Of a stretch of 64,000 nucleotides of DNA, positions 54,383-64,000 are shown piece after piece. Under the pieces are notes generated by a model, which ran no database searches, was not told the DNA's origin, and saw only the letters and a program-made list of their open reading frames with translations. The translations under genes and the position numbers were made by a program. Origin of the DNA: Meyerozyma guilliermondii (lineage: Eukaryota); NCBI GenBank assembly GCA_051546255.1, contig CP128820.1, positions 186,001 through 250,000 on the forward strand, in the 5' to 3' direction. Every line of letters begins with the position of its first letter. Within the stretch, counting starts at the first letter, position 1.

Positions 54383-54922
54383 ATGGTCTACCACAAACGA
54401 TACATGGTAACATTGACCGTACCCAAGACATTCTTGACCACGCTACCACAATTCGCCACACCGCAAGCAAAGTCCCGTCAGAAGAAAGCTGCCGAAAAAA
54501 AGACTGGTGCCGCTAGTATAGCTGGGTCCAAGACGTCATCTCCAGCACCCGATTCAAAGTCCAAAGAACCCAATGCCAAGGTGACGAAGCCCAAATCAAC
54601 CCAAAAGGCCAAAACATGGGTGAAGAAGCCGCTACAGTTTAAAACGTTCTCTGGGTTCAAGGTAAAGTACGTAACATGGCGTCAGAAAGAACCACGAAAA
54701 GAGAGTAAAGCAAAAGCAGAAGCAAAGGCGGAAGCAAAAGCTGAGAAAGCAGAAGCAAAAGCAGAGGCAGAAAGAGCAGAAAAAGACAAAGCTGATGCCG
54801 AAGTGAATGAAACTCCAGAAACCAAGGATAACACACCAGCCTTGCAAACGGTCCTGGAAGGTGTCACAGAAACTGAACCCAAAATAGAACCACCCGCCGA
54901 CATCGAAATGTCTGCTATATAA
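54383..54922 (+). CDS. IES4: INO80 complex subunit Ies4-like protein
   Basis: N-terminal MVTLTV strand and WVKKPLQFKTFSGFKVKYVTW motif; EAKA repeats. Confidence 0.65.
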   Translation: MVYHKRYMVTLTVPKTFLTTLPQFATPQAKSRQKKAAEKKTGAASIAGSKTSSPAPDSKSKEPNAKVTKPKSTQKAKTWVKKPLQFKTFSGFKVKYVTWRQKEPRKESKAKAEAKAEAKAEKAEAKAEAERAEKDKADAEVNETPETKDNTPALQTVLEGVTETEPKIEPPADIEMSAI

Positions 54923-55008
54923 ATTACAATAGATTAAAAAAAGTTTCACGTCGTTGCTTCACCTTTTCTCTTCATTCTCACTAATTTCTCACTTTGAAAA
55001 ATACACTC

Positions 55009-56349
55009 ATGTTATCGCTTCGACGTCCCAGACTCCCCCACTTGGCACTCCGACATTACCTGGCCAACGTTCCGCTGTCAACAAACACCAATCATGCTAT
55101 ATCTGTCAAGCAACAGCTCTATACCACGGACCCAGTGACTCCTGGCTCCATCTTCTTTCTCCCTCATGGCACCAGAATCATGAACAAATTGATCCAATTT
55201 ATGAAACACCAGCAGATGAGATACGGATTCGAAGAGGTGATCACTCCGCTAATCTATAAGAACCAGCTCTGGAAAACCTCGGGCCATTGGGACAATTATA
55301 GAGATGATATGTTCAAGGTGACTGGAAACGTTGTTCATGAACACGAAGATCCTCAACTTCACGAGTATGGACTCAAGCCAATGAACTGTCCGGGCCACTG
55401 TGTAATCTTCTCCAAGTTTGAAAGGTCCTACAACGAGTTTCCTATTCGACTCTCCGACTTTTCGTCTCTTCACAGAAATGAAGCCAGTGGAGCTTTGTCT
55501 GGATTAACAAGAGTACGAAGATTTCACCAGGACGATGGTCACATCTTTTGTGAATTCGACCAAGTAGAGGATGAGATATCAAACACCGTCAATCTCATTT
55601 TGGAATCGTATAAGGTATTTGGTATTCCATCGAATGAAATCAAGTTCACATTATCTACCAGACCAGAAGACAAATATATTGGTGAAATTTCCACCTGGGA
55701 AAAAGCTGAAGAGAAACTCTCGAACGTTCTCACTAATTCTGGTAATTCATGGACAATAAACCCAGGGGACGGTGCATTTTATGGTCCAAAAATCGATGTC
55801 CAACTCACCGATGCATTTGGTAAAGCTCACCAAGTTGGTACGATTCAACTTGATTTTCAGCTTCCAGCCAGATTCGACTTGAAATACATTGACAAGCACG
55901 GGTCTCGAGAAAACAGACCTATCATGATCCATCGAGCCGTCTTCGGCTCTCTTGAACGTTTCTTTGCCATTTTACTTGATCATTACCAGGGCAAATGGCC
56001 ATTTTGGTTAAATCCTCGTCAAGCACTTATTATTCCAGTCAACGATAGCCATGTTTCCGCTGCTCAAGAGATAAAGAAACAAATATCAGGAGACATCGTA
56101 TCAAAGACAGATATTGCACCCATGACAGGACACAATTTTTTCATTGATATTGACAGTAGAAGTGAAACAGTGGGCATAAGAATAAAAGACGCTATCCAAA
56201 AGGGCTATTCGTACATTTTAATGGTGGGTGACAAGGATATACAAAATGGCACCGTTGCATGCCGAACACTCACCAGTCGGAAGGTTGAAAATATGACCCC
56301 GAAAGCATTATTAGAGCGGTTCATCAGCCATGAAATCAACTACGAATAA
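55009..56349 (+). CDS. MST1: Mitochondrial threonyl-tRNA synthetase
   Basis: LWKTSGHW, LKPMNCPGH, HRNEASGALSGLTRVRRFHQDDGH, GAFYGPKID, IHRAVFGSLER; no N-terminal editing domain. Confidence 0.95.
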   Translation: MLSLRRPRLPHLALRHYLANVPLSTNTNHAISVKQQLYTTDPVTPGSIFFLPHGTRIMNKLIQFMKHQQMRYGFEEVITPLIYKNQLWKTSGHWDNYRDDMFKVTGNVVHEHEDPQLHEYGLKPMNCPGHCVIFSKFERSYNEFPIRLSDFSSLHRNEASGALSGLTRVRRFHQDDGHIFCEFDQVEDEISNTVNLILESYKVFGIPSNEIKFTLSTRPEDKYIGEISTWEKAEEKLSNVLTNSGNSWTINPGDGAFYGPKIDVQLTDAFGKAHQVGTIQLDFQLPARFDLKYIDKHGSRENRPIMIHRAVFGSLERFFAILLDHYQGKWPFWLNPRQALIIPVNDSHVSAAQEIKKQISGDIVSKTDIAPMTGHNFFIDIDSRSETVGIRIKDAIQKGYSYILMVGDKDIQNGTVACRTLTSRKVENMTPKALLERFISHEINYE

Positions 56350-56413
56350 CTGAAGTACTAACTACGGATAACAGCTTTGTAAATAGCTATTAAAAATATT
56401 GTACAGTATATGC

Positions 56414-57535
56414 TTACTTGCCGTAACCTTTTGCAACCAAGATCTTCTCCATGTCTATCCAAAAGTCACGTACTATCATCTTGTCTCGGAACCTCTTGTC
56501 GCCTCTATCAACTCTGATCTCATTAATGTTCCACTCCTTGATTTGACGAGGAGCAATTTCACCCTGGTAGCAAACGTAGTATCCCGCATACCTTTGGAAC
56601 AAAATTTCAGGTTTTGAGTACTTGTAGTTTGTGAATTGCCACGCTTGGCCCGTGGTGAAAATAGCCACCACTCTATCCCAATACTCGGGTTTGGTGAACA
56701 TGTCTACATTGTCCACCACCATGAACTGATGAGCAACAGGAAGAAGACGATCCGATTCGTGGTGAATGGTGACTAAACCACTCGATGGCTTCTTGGTGGT
56801 TGAAAGACTTGGCTCAACAAATTTTCCCTCTTCGAGAAACTCCTTGATGTTGGTGAGAGATAACAATGCTGTAGTTGCCGGCGAAACAATGATAATAGGC
56901 TGCTTCTTGGGCCCGGTAGATTGGGTTCCATTGACTTTTTGTTTCTGTACTTTTGACCGTTTAAGCAGAGCAATGTACCGCTTGGCATCGGTTATCAAGT
57001 AACCAAAGTCTATGTTCTTCGAACCTCTCAATGCGGCATTATGGTCGATCAATTCTCGCTCAAATTTGGCAATGCGTTCAAGCTGAGGGTCCTCATTTTT
57101 CCGTTTCTTGGCACTGCCGGCCTGCGACAGTCCTGTGGCGTTTTCAGATGATTCACCATTGAATTTTCCTTCGCCAGAATCCGAATCCGTCTTGATAAAC
57201 GTACATGTATCGGACTTTCCACTGAGCCACGACGACAATTCAGTCTTAACCAAGAATTTGAAATCAGCAATATCCGACTCTAAACAGGCATTTTTGTAGT
57301 CTACGATAGAGGACTTGTCATGGAGCCAACAAAATACCACCGCACGTAACGTTTGTGGAGTGTCGTCATTGTAAAAGTTTGTGGTTTGGTTTAAGTCATA
57401 ATTATCGTCACCAATTTTAACATGCGAAGCATCTTTTATCAGCTCTTCTGGAACAAATGAGTCACCTTCTTGTTTCAAAAGCTCGAGCGGGCCGCCTTGA
57501 GAAGTCACGGACCGTAGTTTGTCAAGAACCTGCAT
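56414..57535 (-). CDS. CDC73: Paf1 complex subunit Cdc73
   Basis: DHNAALRGSKNIDF, PIIIVSPA, YWDRVVAIFTTGQAWQF, KRFRD; first ATG at 57535. Confidence 0.95.
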   Translation of the reverse strand: MQVLDKLRSVTSQGGPLELLKQEGDSFVPEELIKDASHVKIGDDNYDLNQTTNFYNDDTPQTLRAVVFCWLHDKSSIVDYKNACLESDIADFKFLVKTELSSWLSGKSDTCTFIKTDSDSGEGKFNGESSENATGLSQAGSAKKRKNEDPQLERIAKFERELIDHNAALRGSKNIDFGYLITDAKRYIALLKRSKVQKQKVNGTQSTGPKKQPIIIVSPATTALLSLTNIKEFLEEGKFVEPSLSTTKKPSSGLVTIHHESDRLLPVAHQFMVVDNVDMFTKPEYWDRVVAIFTTGQAWQFTNYKYSKPEILFQRYAGYYVCYQGEIAPRQIKEWNINEIRVDRGDKRFRDKMIVRDFWIDMEKILVAKGYGK

Positions 57536-57589
57536 TCTACCTCGCTCAACCAAGTCTCATTCAACGATGTATTGTCCGAAATTTTCAAG

Positions 57590-57619
57590 ACGCGTCACGT
57601 GCCGATACTGGCGGGTGCG
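57590..57619. promoter_or_regulatory. Compact CDC73-ATG17 bidirectional promoter core
   Basis: ACGCGT 57590-57595 overlapping GTCACGTG 57594-57601; GGGTGCG 57613-57619. Confidence 0.55.
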
Positions 57620-57649
57620 AAATCATTGAATGATACCGGCTAGTTGGTA

Positions 57650-59089
57650 ATGATAACGAGGGACCAAGTCTTGCAATGGGTATCTGAAGCGTCTTCCACG
57701 CTAACAAAAGCACAGGAGGTGTGTCAGGTAGCACAGAACTACCTCCAGGAAACAGAATATGAACTACACAATCGCTTGGCTACGGCTATAGATACCAGCC
57801 ACGATATGGTTCTGGCTCTCCAGGAGCAGTCAAAGGTGATGGAACAAATTATGAAAGTGGTTAATTTGCAAAAGATAGACGATGATGGGACAGAATCAAA
57901 AATAGCCAACTTACAACAGCAATTGGCTCGTCTTAAACGGAATGTATCCGTCTTGGAATCGACAGATGTACCAAAGTATTTATTGCGCAAGAATCCTGCA
58001 AAAGTTTCCGGAGACAAAGAAGACGGAAACAAGACGCTTAAAGATTTCATTTCCTTGACCAGCATTGAGTTACTTGAGGACAATGCCCAGACGTATGTGA
58101 AGAATAATTCTGCTATTCGCAAATGGCGCACAGAAGTCATTACAGATATCATTGGCAGAGCCAACTTGTACAAAAAGCAAGCCAGTAGGCTAGCAATGCA
58201 ATATGAAGATGAAGCAACGGGGATCATTGTGGAGACTTCCGTTGGCATCCGCACCGAAGGGTCGGCATTTGCACTGCGAAGCTTGGCTGAAACAATCGAT
58301 AAAGAAAACAAATCGCTTGAAACAGAACTAGTTGCGCTCTTGGAACTGCTAACAAATCATTACGATCAGTGTAACAGAGCATTGGGACTTCCTTGGTCGA
58401 ATGAAGAGGCATTAGCTGTGCACCATGAAGGACTACAAGTACTAGAAGGAGACGCTCGAGATCTTCCAGGAGTCTACAAAGAAGTTTGTACTGTCCAGGA
58501 GATTATTGAGAACAATAGAAACCGCGCTACGAAGTACCTTTCCTCCAAACTTCCTCCGTTTGAAAAAATTGTGAATGGTTCGAGAAACCTTCTTGATACC
58601 ATCCGAGATTTCAAATGCAAAATTGTGCCCCAACTGTTCGCCACCATTGCCAAAACAAACGAGATATTGCAAAACTACGTTCTCAATGGTGAGTCTATCT
58701 TCAGTGGAGATCCTCTAGAGTCTTACATCTTGGCGATTAACGAACTATGCGATCACTATGAGCGGTTTTCTCACATATACGCCGAGAATTACTTGGCGGA
58801 GTTGCGATATCGGGTCAATGACTATCCACAAAATTTCATTGCCAAAATCTCGGACTTTCTTAATGGAGAATTAGACGAATACCGGAGGAAGGAAACCCAG
58901 CGGCGGGCACAGTGGGTCAAGCAGTATGGCGAATATATTCCCAACGAGTTCATTTTACCAGATGAGGTACCTTCAGTGGTTCAAGTCATCACCAATATCG
59001 ATGACATCGAATCCGCAGACATCGTTGACAGCCACAAAGCCCTGGAAGTCACAATTGACGGGAACCGGGGTAGCTCAAATCTGGGGTAA
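57650..59089 (+). CDS. ATG17: Autophagy scaffold Atg17
   Basis: W...A..TL..AQ N-terminus, KTLKDFI, LTNHYDQC, E..RR..W...YGEYIP. Confidence 0.88.
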   Translation: MITRDQVLQWVSEASSTLTKAQEVCQVAQNYLQETEYELHNRLATAIDTSHDMVLALQEQSKVMEQIMKVVNLQKIDDDGTESKIANLQQQLARLKRNVSVLESTDVPKYLLRKNPAKVSGDKEDGNKTLKDFISLTSIELLEDNAQTYVKNNSAIRKWRTEVITDIIGRANLYKKQASRLAMQYEDEATGIIVETSVGIRTEGSAFALRSLAETIDKENKSLETELVALLELLTNHYDQCNRALGLPWSNEEALAVHHEGLQVLEGDARDLPGVYKEVCTVQEIIENNRNRATKYLSSKLPPFEKIVNGSRNLLDTIRDFKCKIVPQLFATIAKTNEILQNYVLNGESIFSGDPLESYILAINELCDHYERFSHIYAENYLAELRYRVNDYPQNFIAKISDFLNGELDEYRRKETQRRAQWVKQYGEYIPNEFILPDEVPSVVQVITNIDDIESADIVDSHKALEVTIDGNRGSSNLG

Positions 59090-59235
59090 TCCAATGGGTG
59101 CAGTGGGTGCATATCTCATCTCTCATCGAGCCTCACCAGTGAGGCACACAAACCCAAACATTAAGTTGCATTATTATACAATTACATCTGCATTTGCTAT
59201 CTTTATGACTCTCTAGCTGATCTTTTCCGCCCAAG

Positions 59236-61254
59236 ATGAATTCTATGAGCTCAATGGCTTCGGCCATTAACAACGAGTACGATGACTACGATGACATGGA
59301 AGAGGACGCATCGACTAAACAACCTGAACAATCACATTTCCCAGCACAAAATCCCTCGTCGGAGCATTTAAAGCGTTATGGAATAGGTGCAAAACTTCTC
59401 ATGAAGATGGGCTACCGAGAAGGTACTGGTTTGGGTGCCAATGCTGAAGGTATTGTCAAACCTATCGAAACCAAAATGAGACCACAAGGTATGGGAGTCG
59501 GAGCCATTAAAGAAAAGCCCGGTGAAGAAGATGAAAATATGCTGATAGACTCAAGTGAAGAAGATGAGCCTTCCACGAAAACGGATCTTACTTTGTATTC
59601 GCTTATAGACGAACTCGAACTTCGCGGACTTGAAGTCTCTCACAAAGTCAAGCTAATCTCAGACTCGCAGGCGGGAACTGAGACATCTTCGTTGAAGGAT
59701 TTGACACACAAGCTTCAAGGCATCCAGATCGAATGGGATGAACTTTCCAGCCGACAAAAACTTCTAAACTTTCAACTCAATCAGGTCTCGAGAGAACTTG
59801 AGTCCACGAAGATCCGACTACGAGATCGCGAGACGTTCCTCAATGCTCTTGAAACCTACCAAAATCATGAGTCAGATAGTGATACTGGAATTTCCCAGGT
59901 CATTGAATTTGTGGATTCACTTTTAACGTTGGAAATACTGTCGGAGTTTGTCAAAAGTCAAGGCTTGGAAATTTTCATTTCAGCTGTGGAACCGTTACTT
60001 GAGCCACTTTTTGATGAGTATTTTGACACTTCTATTGAAAATGATACACCATTGCTGTCCGCATTGATTCAGATATCAAAGAAATGTCGAGAATTAGGCG
60101 AAAATCCCGACTCACCAAGCCACTGGGATTCATTGATATTTCGTCAACTTCAGAAAAAAATTAAAAACATATCACGTATCCAAACAGAAGACTACTTGGT
60201 CACCCTCAACGACATTTTGTACGGCTGGTTGGTGTCTCCCATCCTCATGAACCCCCAAAGTGTTGTAGAGGAGTTGTTTGACAAAATCGTTATTCCTTTT
60301 TTGATAGACCAATTCGACCACTGGTTCAATGGAGAAAGCGAGAGTCCGCATGAGCATTTTATAGATTTCCTCAACTCCTTGCAATTGGACGATCTGAAGG
60401 GAGCATACCACCTTCTCAACAATGTTTCCGAGAAGTATCAAGATATGCTAATTTCTTCCCCCAAAAGAATCACTGACACTCAAACTATCCATCTACTTTT
60501 CGACATTTGGATTCCACTTTTCCAACTGTACAGTGTCAAGACTCCAAACTTTACTCAAATACTTTTGAGTGGAATGCTAGATTTATTCGATACTATTGAT
60601 TTCGTCAACGTGAAAGGCTTCGAACTTGTTTCGACTCTAGTTCAACTAGAGAATGTGACTGGCAGCTCGGCTGCGAAAATAATACTTGAGTTTAAACTCC
60701 TCAACCAATTTCTCTCTTTATTGAGATCTCGCATAAAAAGCGATGAATCAAGAGAGAAAATTGTCAGTTGGATATACCAAATACGAGACGCTTTAGCCAC
60801 TGAAGATTTAAAAAATAGCACGTTGAGGGATCTGGTAGAATGGCTGTTTGGTGCCATTGCGCAATTATTGGAGAATAAAAACCCACCCTTACCCAGCTTA
60901 AAAGGAGAGTCGCATCCACTCAATAATGAATTATTATCACTATTAATTAGTGGAGAAGAACAGACTACAAAAGTCCAAGGAATCCCTTCGAACAGCCTTA
61001 TAACCCTGTTCAAAGACGTTGTGGATGAATATTGCAATAACCATGATCTTTCCTTAAACATGACAAGAAACAACCACCTTGAACTGGGAATGCCATTATT
61101 GGAAGTGGAGGCACCATCCGGCCAAAAGCGAACTTTTTATATCAAAGACGATGTGGTATGGGCTACTAATAGCTATTCGAGGTACGACAAAGGTTCGCCG
61201 AAAGAATTCAGTGCCATCAGCATTGAAAATTTGCACCCAGATTTGCAGCAATGA
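59236..61254 (+). CDS. SPP382: G-patch spliceosome disassembly factor Spp382/Ntr1 (TFIP11-like)
   Basis: YGIGAKLLMKMGYREGTGLG...GIVKPI...RPQGMGVG G-patch; C-terminal FKDVVDEYC block. Confidence 0.8.
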   Translation: MNSMSSMASAINNEYDDYDDMEEDASTKQPEQSHFPAQNPSSEHLKRYGIGAKLLMKMGYREGTGLGANAEGIVKPIETKMRPQGMGVGAIKEKPGEEDENMLIDSSEEDEPSTKTDLTLYSLIDELELRGLEVSHKVKLISDSQAGTETSSLKDLTHKLQGIQIEWDELSSRQKLLNFQLNQVSRELESTKIRLRDRETFLNALETYQNHESDSDTGISQVIEFVDSLLTLEILSEFVKSQGLEIFISAVEPLLEPLFDEYFDTSIENDTPLLSALIQISKKCRELGENPDSPSHWDSLIFRQLQKKIKNISRIQTEDYLVTLNDILYGWLVSPILMNPQSVVEELFDKIVIPFLIDQFDHWFNGESESPHEHFIDFLNSLQLDDLKGAYHLLNNVSEKYQDMLISSPKRITDTQTIHLLFDIWIPLFQLYSVKTPNFTQILLSGMLDLFDTIDFVNVKGFELVSTLVQLENVTGSSAAKIILEFKLLNQFLSLLRSRIKSDESREKIVSWIYQIRDALATEDLKNSTLRDLVEWLFGAIAQLLENKNPPLPSLKGESHPLNNELLSLLISGEEQTTKVQGIPSNSLITLFKDVVDEYCNNHDLSLNMTRNNHLELGMPLLEVEAPSGQKRTFYIKDDVVWATNSYSRYDKGSPKEFSAISIENLHPDLQQ

Positions 61255-61362
61255 TTCGCACTCGCCAAATTCGCACCCACGCTCTGTATATAGAAAATCG
61301 GTTGTGGGATGCGACTGAGACTTTTGTTCAACCTGCGATCAAACGACATCAACAACTAATTA

Positions 61363-61644
61363 ATGATTTATAGAACTTCAAGAATTTACGCTTCTGTTGT
61401 CACGAGATCCATCAGACCATATTCAGTGTCTGGTAATTTTCGCCGCATCAATTCTGCAATCAATAAAATTGGTGATGAGAACTCGCACCAATCGGCCACC
61501 GCTTTGAAGGTTGTAAGGAGAACAGGGGTAGCTACGATCATAATTGTCTTGTGTCTGATTTTCTGGACCAGTTCAATGTCTGTGGATGTCCATGAGCCTG
61601 AAATTCACGATCTTACTAAGGACGTACGAGATGCCAAAGATTGA
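61363..61644 (+). CDS. Hypothetical 93-aa single-TM protein, possibly mitochondrial
   Basis: ATG-initiated ORF filling the SPP382-MIA40 gap; Arg/Ser-rich acid-free N-terminus, one hydrophobic segment, acidic tail; upstream TATATA and CGCACCC. Confidence 0.55.
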   Translation: MIYRTSRIYASVVTRSIRPYSVSGNFRRINSAINKIGDENSHQSATALKVVRRTGVATIIIVLCLIFWTSSMSVDVHEPEIHDLTKDVRDAKD

Positions 61645-61851
61645 AAAAGAGCTGTACTTAGCTGAAAAAGCTGTACCACAAAGGAATCTGCACAATAGAC
61701 TGCCACAGAGCTTCAAAGGCTATGAGAGAATGAAACTGGCCAAAATACGCTTAACTGGTATGGCCCTAAAAACCGATGTGAGCGGACCTGCACATGCGCC
61801 AGTTTGTAAGCAAAATTTCAATTTCGATGGCGGAACCACTACTAGTCCATT

Positions 61852-62568
61852 ATGTTTCGTTTGATATTGAACAATGCTAGAGCTGCTATGCCACGCAGAT
61901 CTTTCGCCAGAATGTACTCTGCGAGAGCAAGTTCCTTCACCACCAACAACCGTTTATATTGGGGAGTTGGTTTGAGTGTGGTTCCTGCCTATATTGCATT
62001 CACTCAACTTGAAGCTGTGAAAAATGATGCTGAGGTGGCGGCTTCGGATAGTGTCAAGTTGGCGCTGGCTGAAGTTGAGACGAAGGATGCTTCTCCCGAA
62101 GCAGCCGGCTCCGAAGGTGATCACTCTGGTGCTGCTTACAACCCAGAAACCGGAGAGATCAACTGGGATTGTCCATGTTTGGGAGGTATGGCTCACGGAC
62201 CTTGCGGAGAGGAGTTTAAGGAGGCATTTGCTTGTTTCGTGTATTCCGAGAGTGAACCCAAGGGTATTGACTGTATCACCAAATTTGAAGTTATGCGCAA
62301 TTGTTTCAGAGAACATCCCGAACATTACAAAGAAGAACTCTATGATGATGAAGCAGCGCTGAAAGCAGAAAACGAGGTTGAAGCAGCTGAATCTGCCGAG
62401 GAAAGTACCCAAACGGCGACCGAAAAAGTAGCTGAAAAAGTAAGTGAAAAAGTCACTGAAGCTGAGTCTGCTATCGCTAGCTCCGTCAGTGCTCCAGCTA
62501 CAAATGAGAAGCCAAACAAGGCCTCTAAAAAGACCAAGTCAGCCGAGACTACTTCCGCTTCGGTATAA
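61852..62568 (+). CDS. MIA40: Mitochondrial IMS oxidoreductase Mia40
   Basis: Presequence and [26 protein letters not shown]; twin CX9C. Confidence 0.96.
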   Translation: MFRLILNNARAAMPRRSFARMYSARASSFTTNNRLYWGVGLSVVPAYIAFTQLEAVKNDAEVAASDSVKLALAEVETKDASPEAAGSEGDHSGAAYNPETGEINWDCPCLGGMAHGPCGEEFKEAFACFVYSESEPKGIDCITKFEVMRNCFREHPEHYKEELYDDEAALKAENEVEAAESAEESTQTATEKVAEKVSEKVTEAESAIASSVSAPATNEKPNKASKKTKSAETTSASV

Positions 62569-62601
62569 TGTATATAACTTGTATTTAGACTAAAAATTAC
62601 T

Positions 62602-63288
62602 TCAACATGCACATGACGATTTGGGTGGATCTTGTCCCAAATCGAGACTATCAAACCCAACCATGGTGGGTTTTGGAGCGGCCGCCGCGGCAGCTATACC
62701 CAACTGCGCCACCCGAGTGAAAACCTCTTCCACCAGGCGCAATTGCTTGGCAGTGACTTCTTTTACATCCTCGTTCCAATCTCGGACGTAGGTGTCAAAG
62801 TCCATATGTTCGCGGAGTTGGTTTCCGCCCACTAGAAGTTCACGTATCTCTTCAATATCCACGTTCCGGTCACTACTCCGATCCACCTTGTTGCCCACAA
62901 TGAGTATTGCCGGTTTTTCTACGTGACAATGTTGTAAGAAACTTTTGAACCACCGTCGAAGACTTAAAACAGACTCATAATTAGTGATATCATACACCAA
63001 CACTGCCACGTCGGTGCCACGATAAAATGCCTGTGAGATGGAGTTGAACCTCTCTTGCCCTGCAGTGTCCCAAATCTGCAAATTGACCTTTGTATTTGTT
63101 TCTCCTTCCCCGTTTATCGTCACCGAAGTTGTCAAATAATCACCTCCAATCGTCGCCTTGTATGCGTTTGTAAACATATGATGTATGAACTGGGACCTCA
63201 TACATGTCTTCCCTACGCCAGAGTCACCTAGAAGCACCACCTTGAGGGTGGGGTTCGGCTTCGTAGCCTCGTGGGAGACACCATCCAT
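62602..63288 (-). CDS. Rab7-like small GTPase (divergent Ypt7 paralogue)
   Basis: GDSGVGKT, YKATIG, WDTAGQERF, FYRG, GNKVD, C-terminal CXC; plausible ATG at 63288. Confidence 0.88.
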   Translation of the reverse strand: MDGVSHEATKPNPTLKVVLLGDSGVGKTCMRSQFIHHMFTNAYKATIGGDYLTTSVTINGEGETNTKVNLQIWDTAGQERFNSISQAFYRGTDVAVLVYDITNYESVLSLRRWFKSFLQHCHVEKPAILIVGNKVDRSSDRNVDIEEIRELLVGGNQLREHMDFDTYVRDWNEDVKEVTAKQLRLVEEVFTRVAQLGIAAAAAAPKPTMVGFDSLDLGQDPPKSSCAC

Positions 63289-64000
63289 GAAGATGGAGTT
63301 GTTTACCGGAACGAGATTTAAACAACAGCCGCACACCGAAAATGTGAGACGAGGTAAATACAATGCAACATGTTCAGTGTCTTAAGTTGACAAAGACATG
63401 TGCATTGATCTCACTTCTTATCTACCAAATCAACTACAAGCAAGTAGCTTATAAGTGAAGAAGAAAAGCTTCTAATTTGATTGTATAATAAGATTAAAAG
63501 CGAATTGGCGGAAGATTGATTGAAGAGTAATTCAGACTGAAATCATTTACTGAGTATGACCATTATTAGCCCAATCGTATTGTAGCTTAATTGGCTGGGT
63601 ATTGATTAACATATAAATGCCATTTGCAGCAAGTCGAACGAGTATACGAAACTGCGAATTATAAGAAAATTCAAATGAGATTAACATGTCAAAAGTAACG
63701 TAAACTTACGCAAACCGACGGCACAAACCAGCCATCACAATTCCCTGTTACTTCGCCTTCTTTACCCAGTCCTTATATTCATAACCTTGACCGTTGACGA
63801 GTCTTGCATCCATACACCAGATGATAACGTTCAACTGTGCGAACAGCAACCGCACATCAAATACTTGTCAACTTCACATACGATTATGAAGATATACTAC
63901 ATTGGAATATTGAAAGTGGGTGGTTCCAAAGCCGTGGAGTTGAGCTCGGCCCGTGATTTGAGCCAGTTTTCATTTTTCGAAAGAAATGGTGTTTCCCAAT

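Noticed and set aside
63364..64000. Terminal AT-rich gene-free segment, including a 12-nt match to an 18S rRNA motif (GAAACTGCGAAT)
   Set aside because: No ORF, LTR ends or RNA-gene signature; the short match is compatible with chance.
1..64000. Transposons, LTRs, CRISPR arrays, horizontally acquired or secondary-metabolite clusters
   Set aside because: No RT, integrase or transposase ORFs, no repeat-spacer arrays, and no biosynthetic core genes. RPO41 is the ordinary phage-type mitochondrial polymerase, not a prophage.

Overview
A gene-dense 64 kb stretch of a budding-yeast nuclear chromosome. It uses the alternative yeast code: CTG codons sit at family-conserved serine positions in GGT, Psd1, Apc1 and Sed5, which places it in the CTG clade. 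From recall, the EF-Tu and Exg1 proteins resemble Meyerozyma (Pichia) guilliermondii, but this was not verified. About 34 protein-coding genes are recognisable: MSB1-like (partial), YAT1, ECM38, three Bul1-family Rsp5 adaptors, CNS1, SLI15, a PQ-loop protein, TUF1, APC1, PSD1, MOB2, RPO41, SNF7, SED5, TUB2 (two introns), a complex I LYR subunit, RIC1, RPS16 (one intron), RPL13, RPP1A, a HOL1-like MFS transporter, EXG1, a LIP-family lipase, MDM31, a DUF202 protein, IES4, MST1, CDC73, ATG17, SPP382, MIA40 and a Rab7-like GTPase. There is also an intron-containing tRNA-Pro(UGG). I see no transposon, CRISPR array or clearly new multi-gene system. The leads most worth testing are: (1) a YGCACCC motif recurring just upstream of unrelated housekeeping genes; (2) a well-formed spliceosomal intron in non-coding sequence between SED5 and SNF7; (3) a local cluster of three divergent Bul1 paralogues; (4) an unassigned 93-aa ORF with presequence-like and single-TM features next to MIA40; (5) Puf3 elements after four mitochondrial-protein genes. 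Many starts in the supplied ORF track are TTG/GTG; I moved them to the first plausible ATG.
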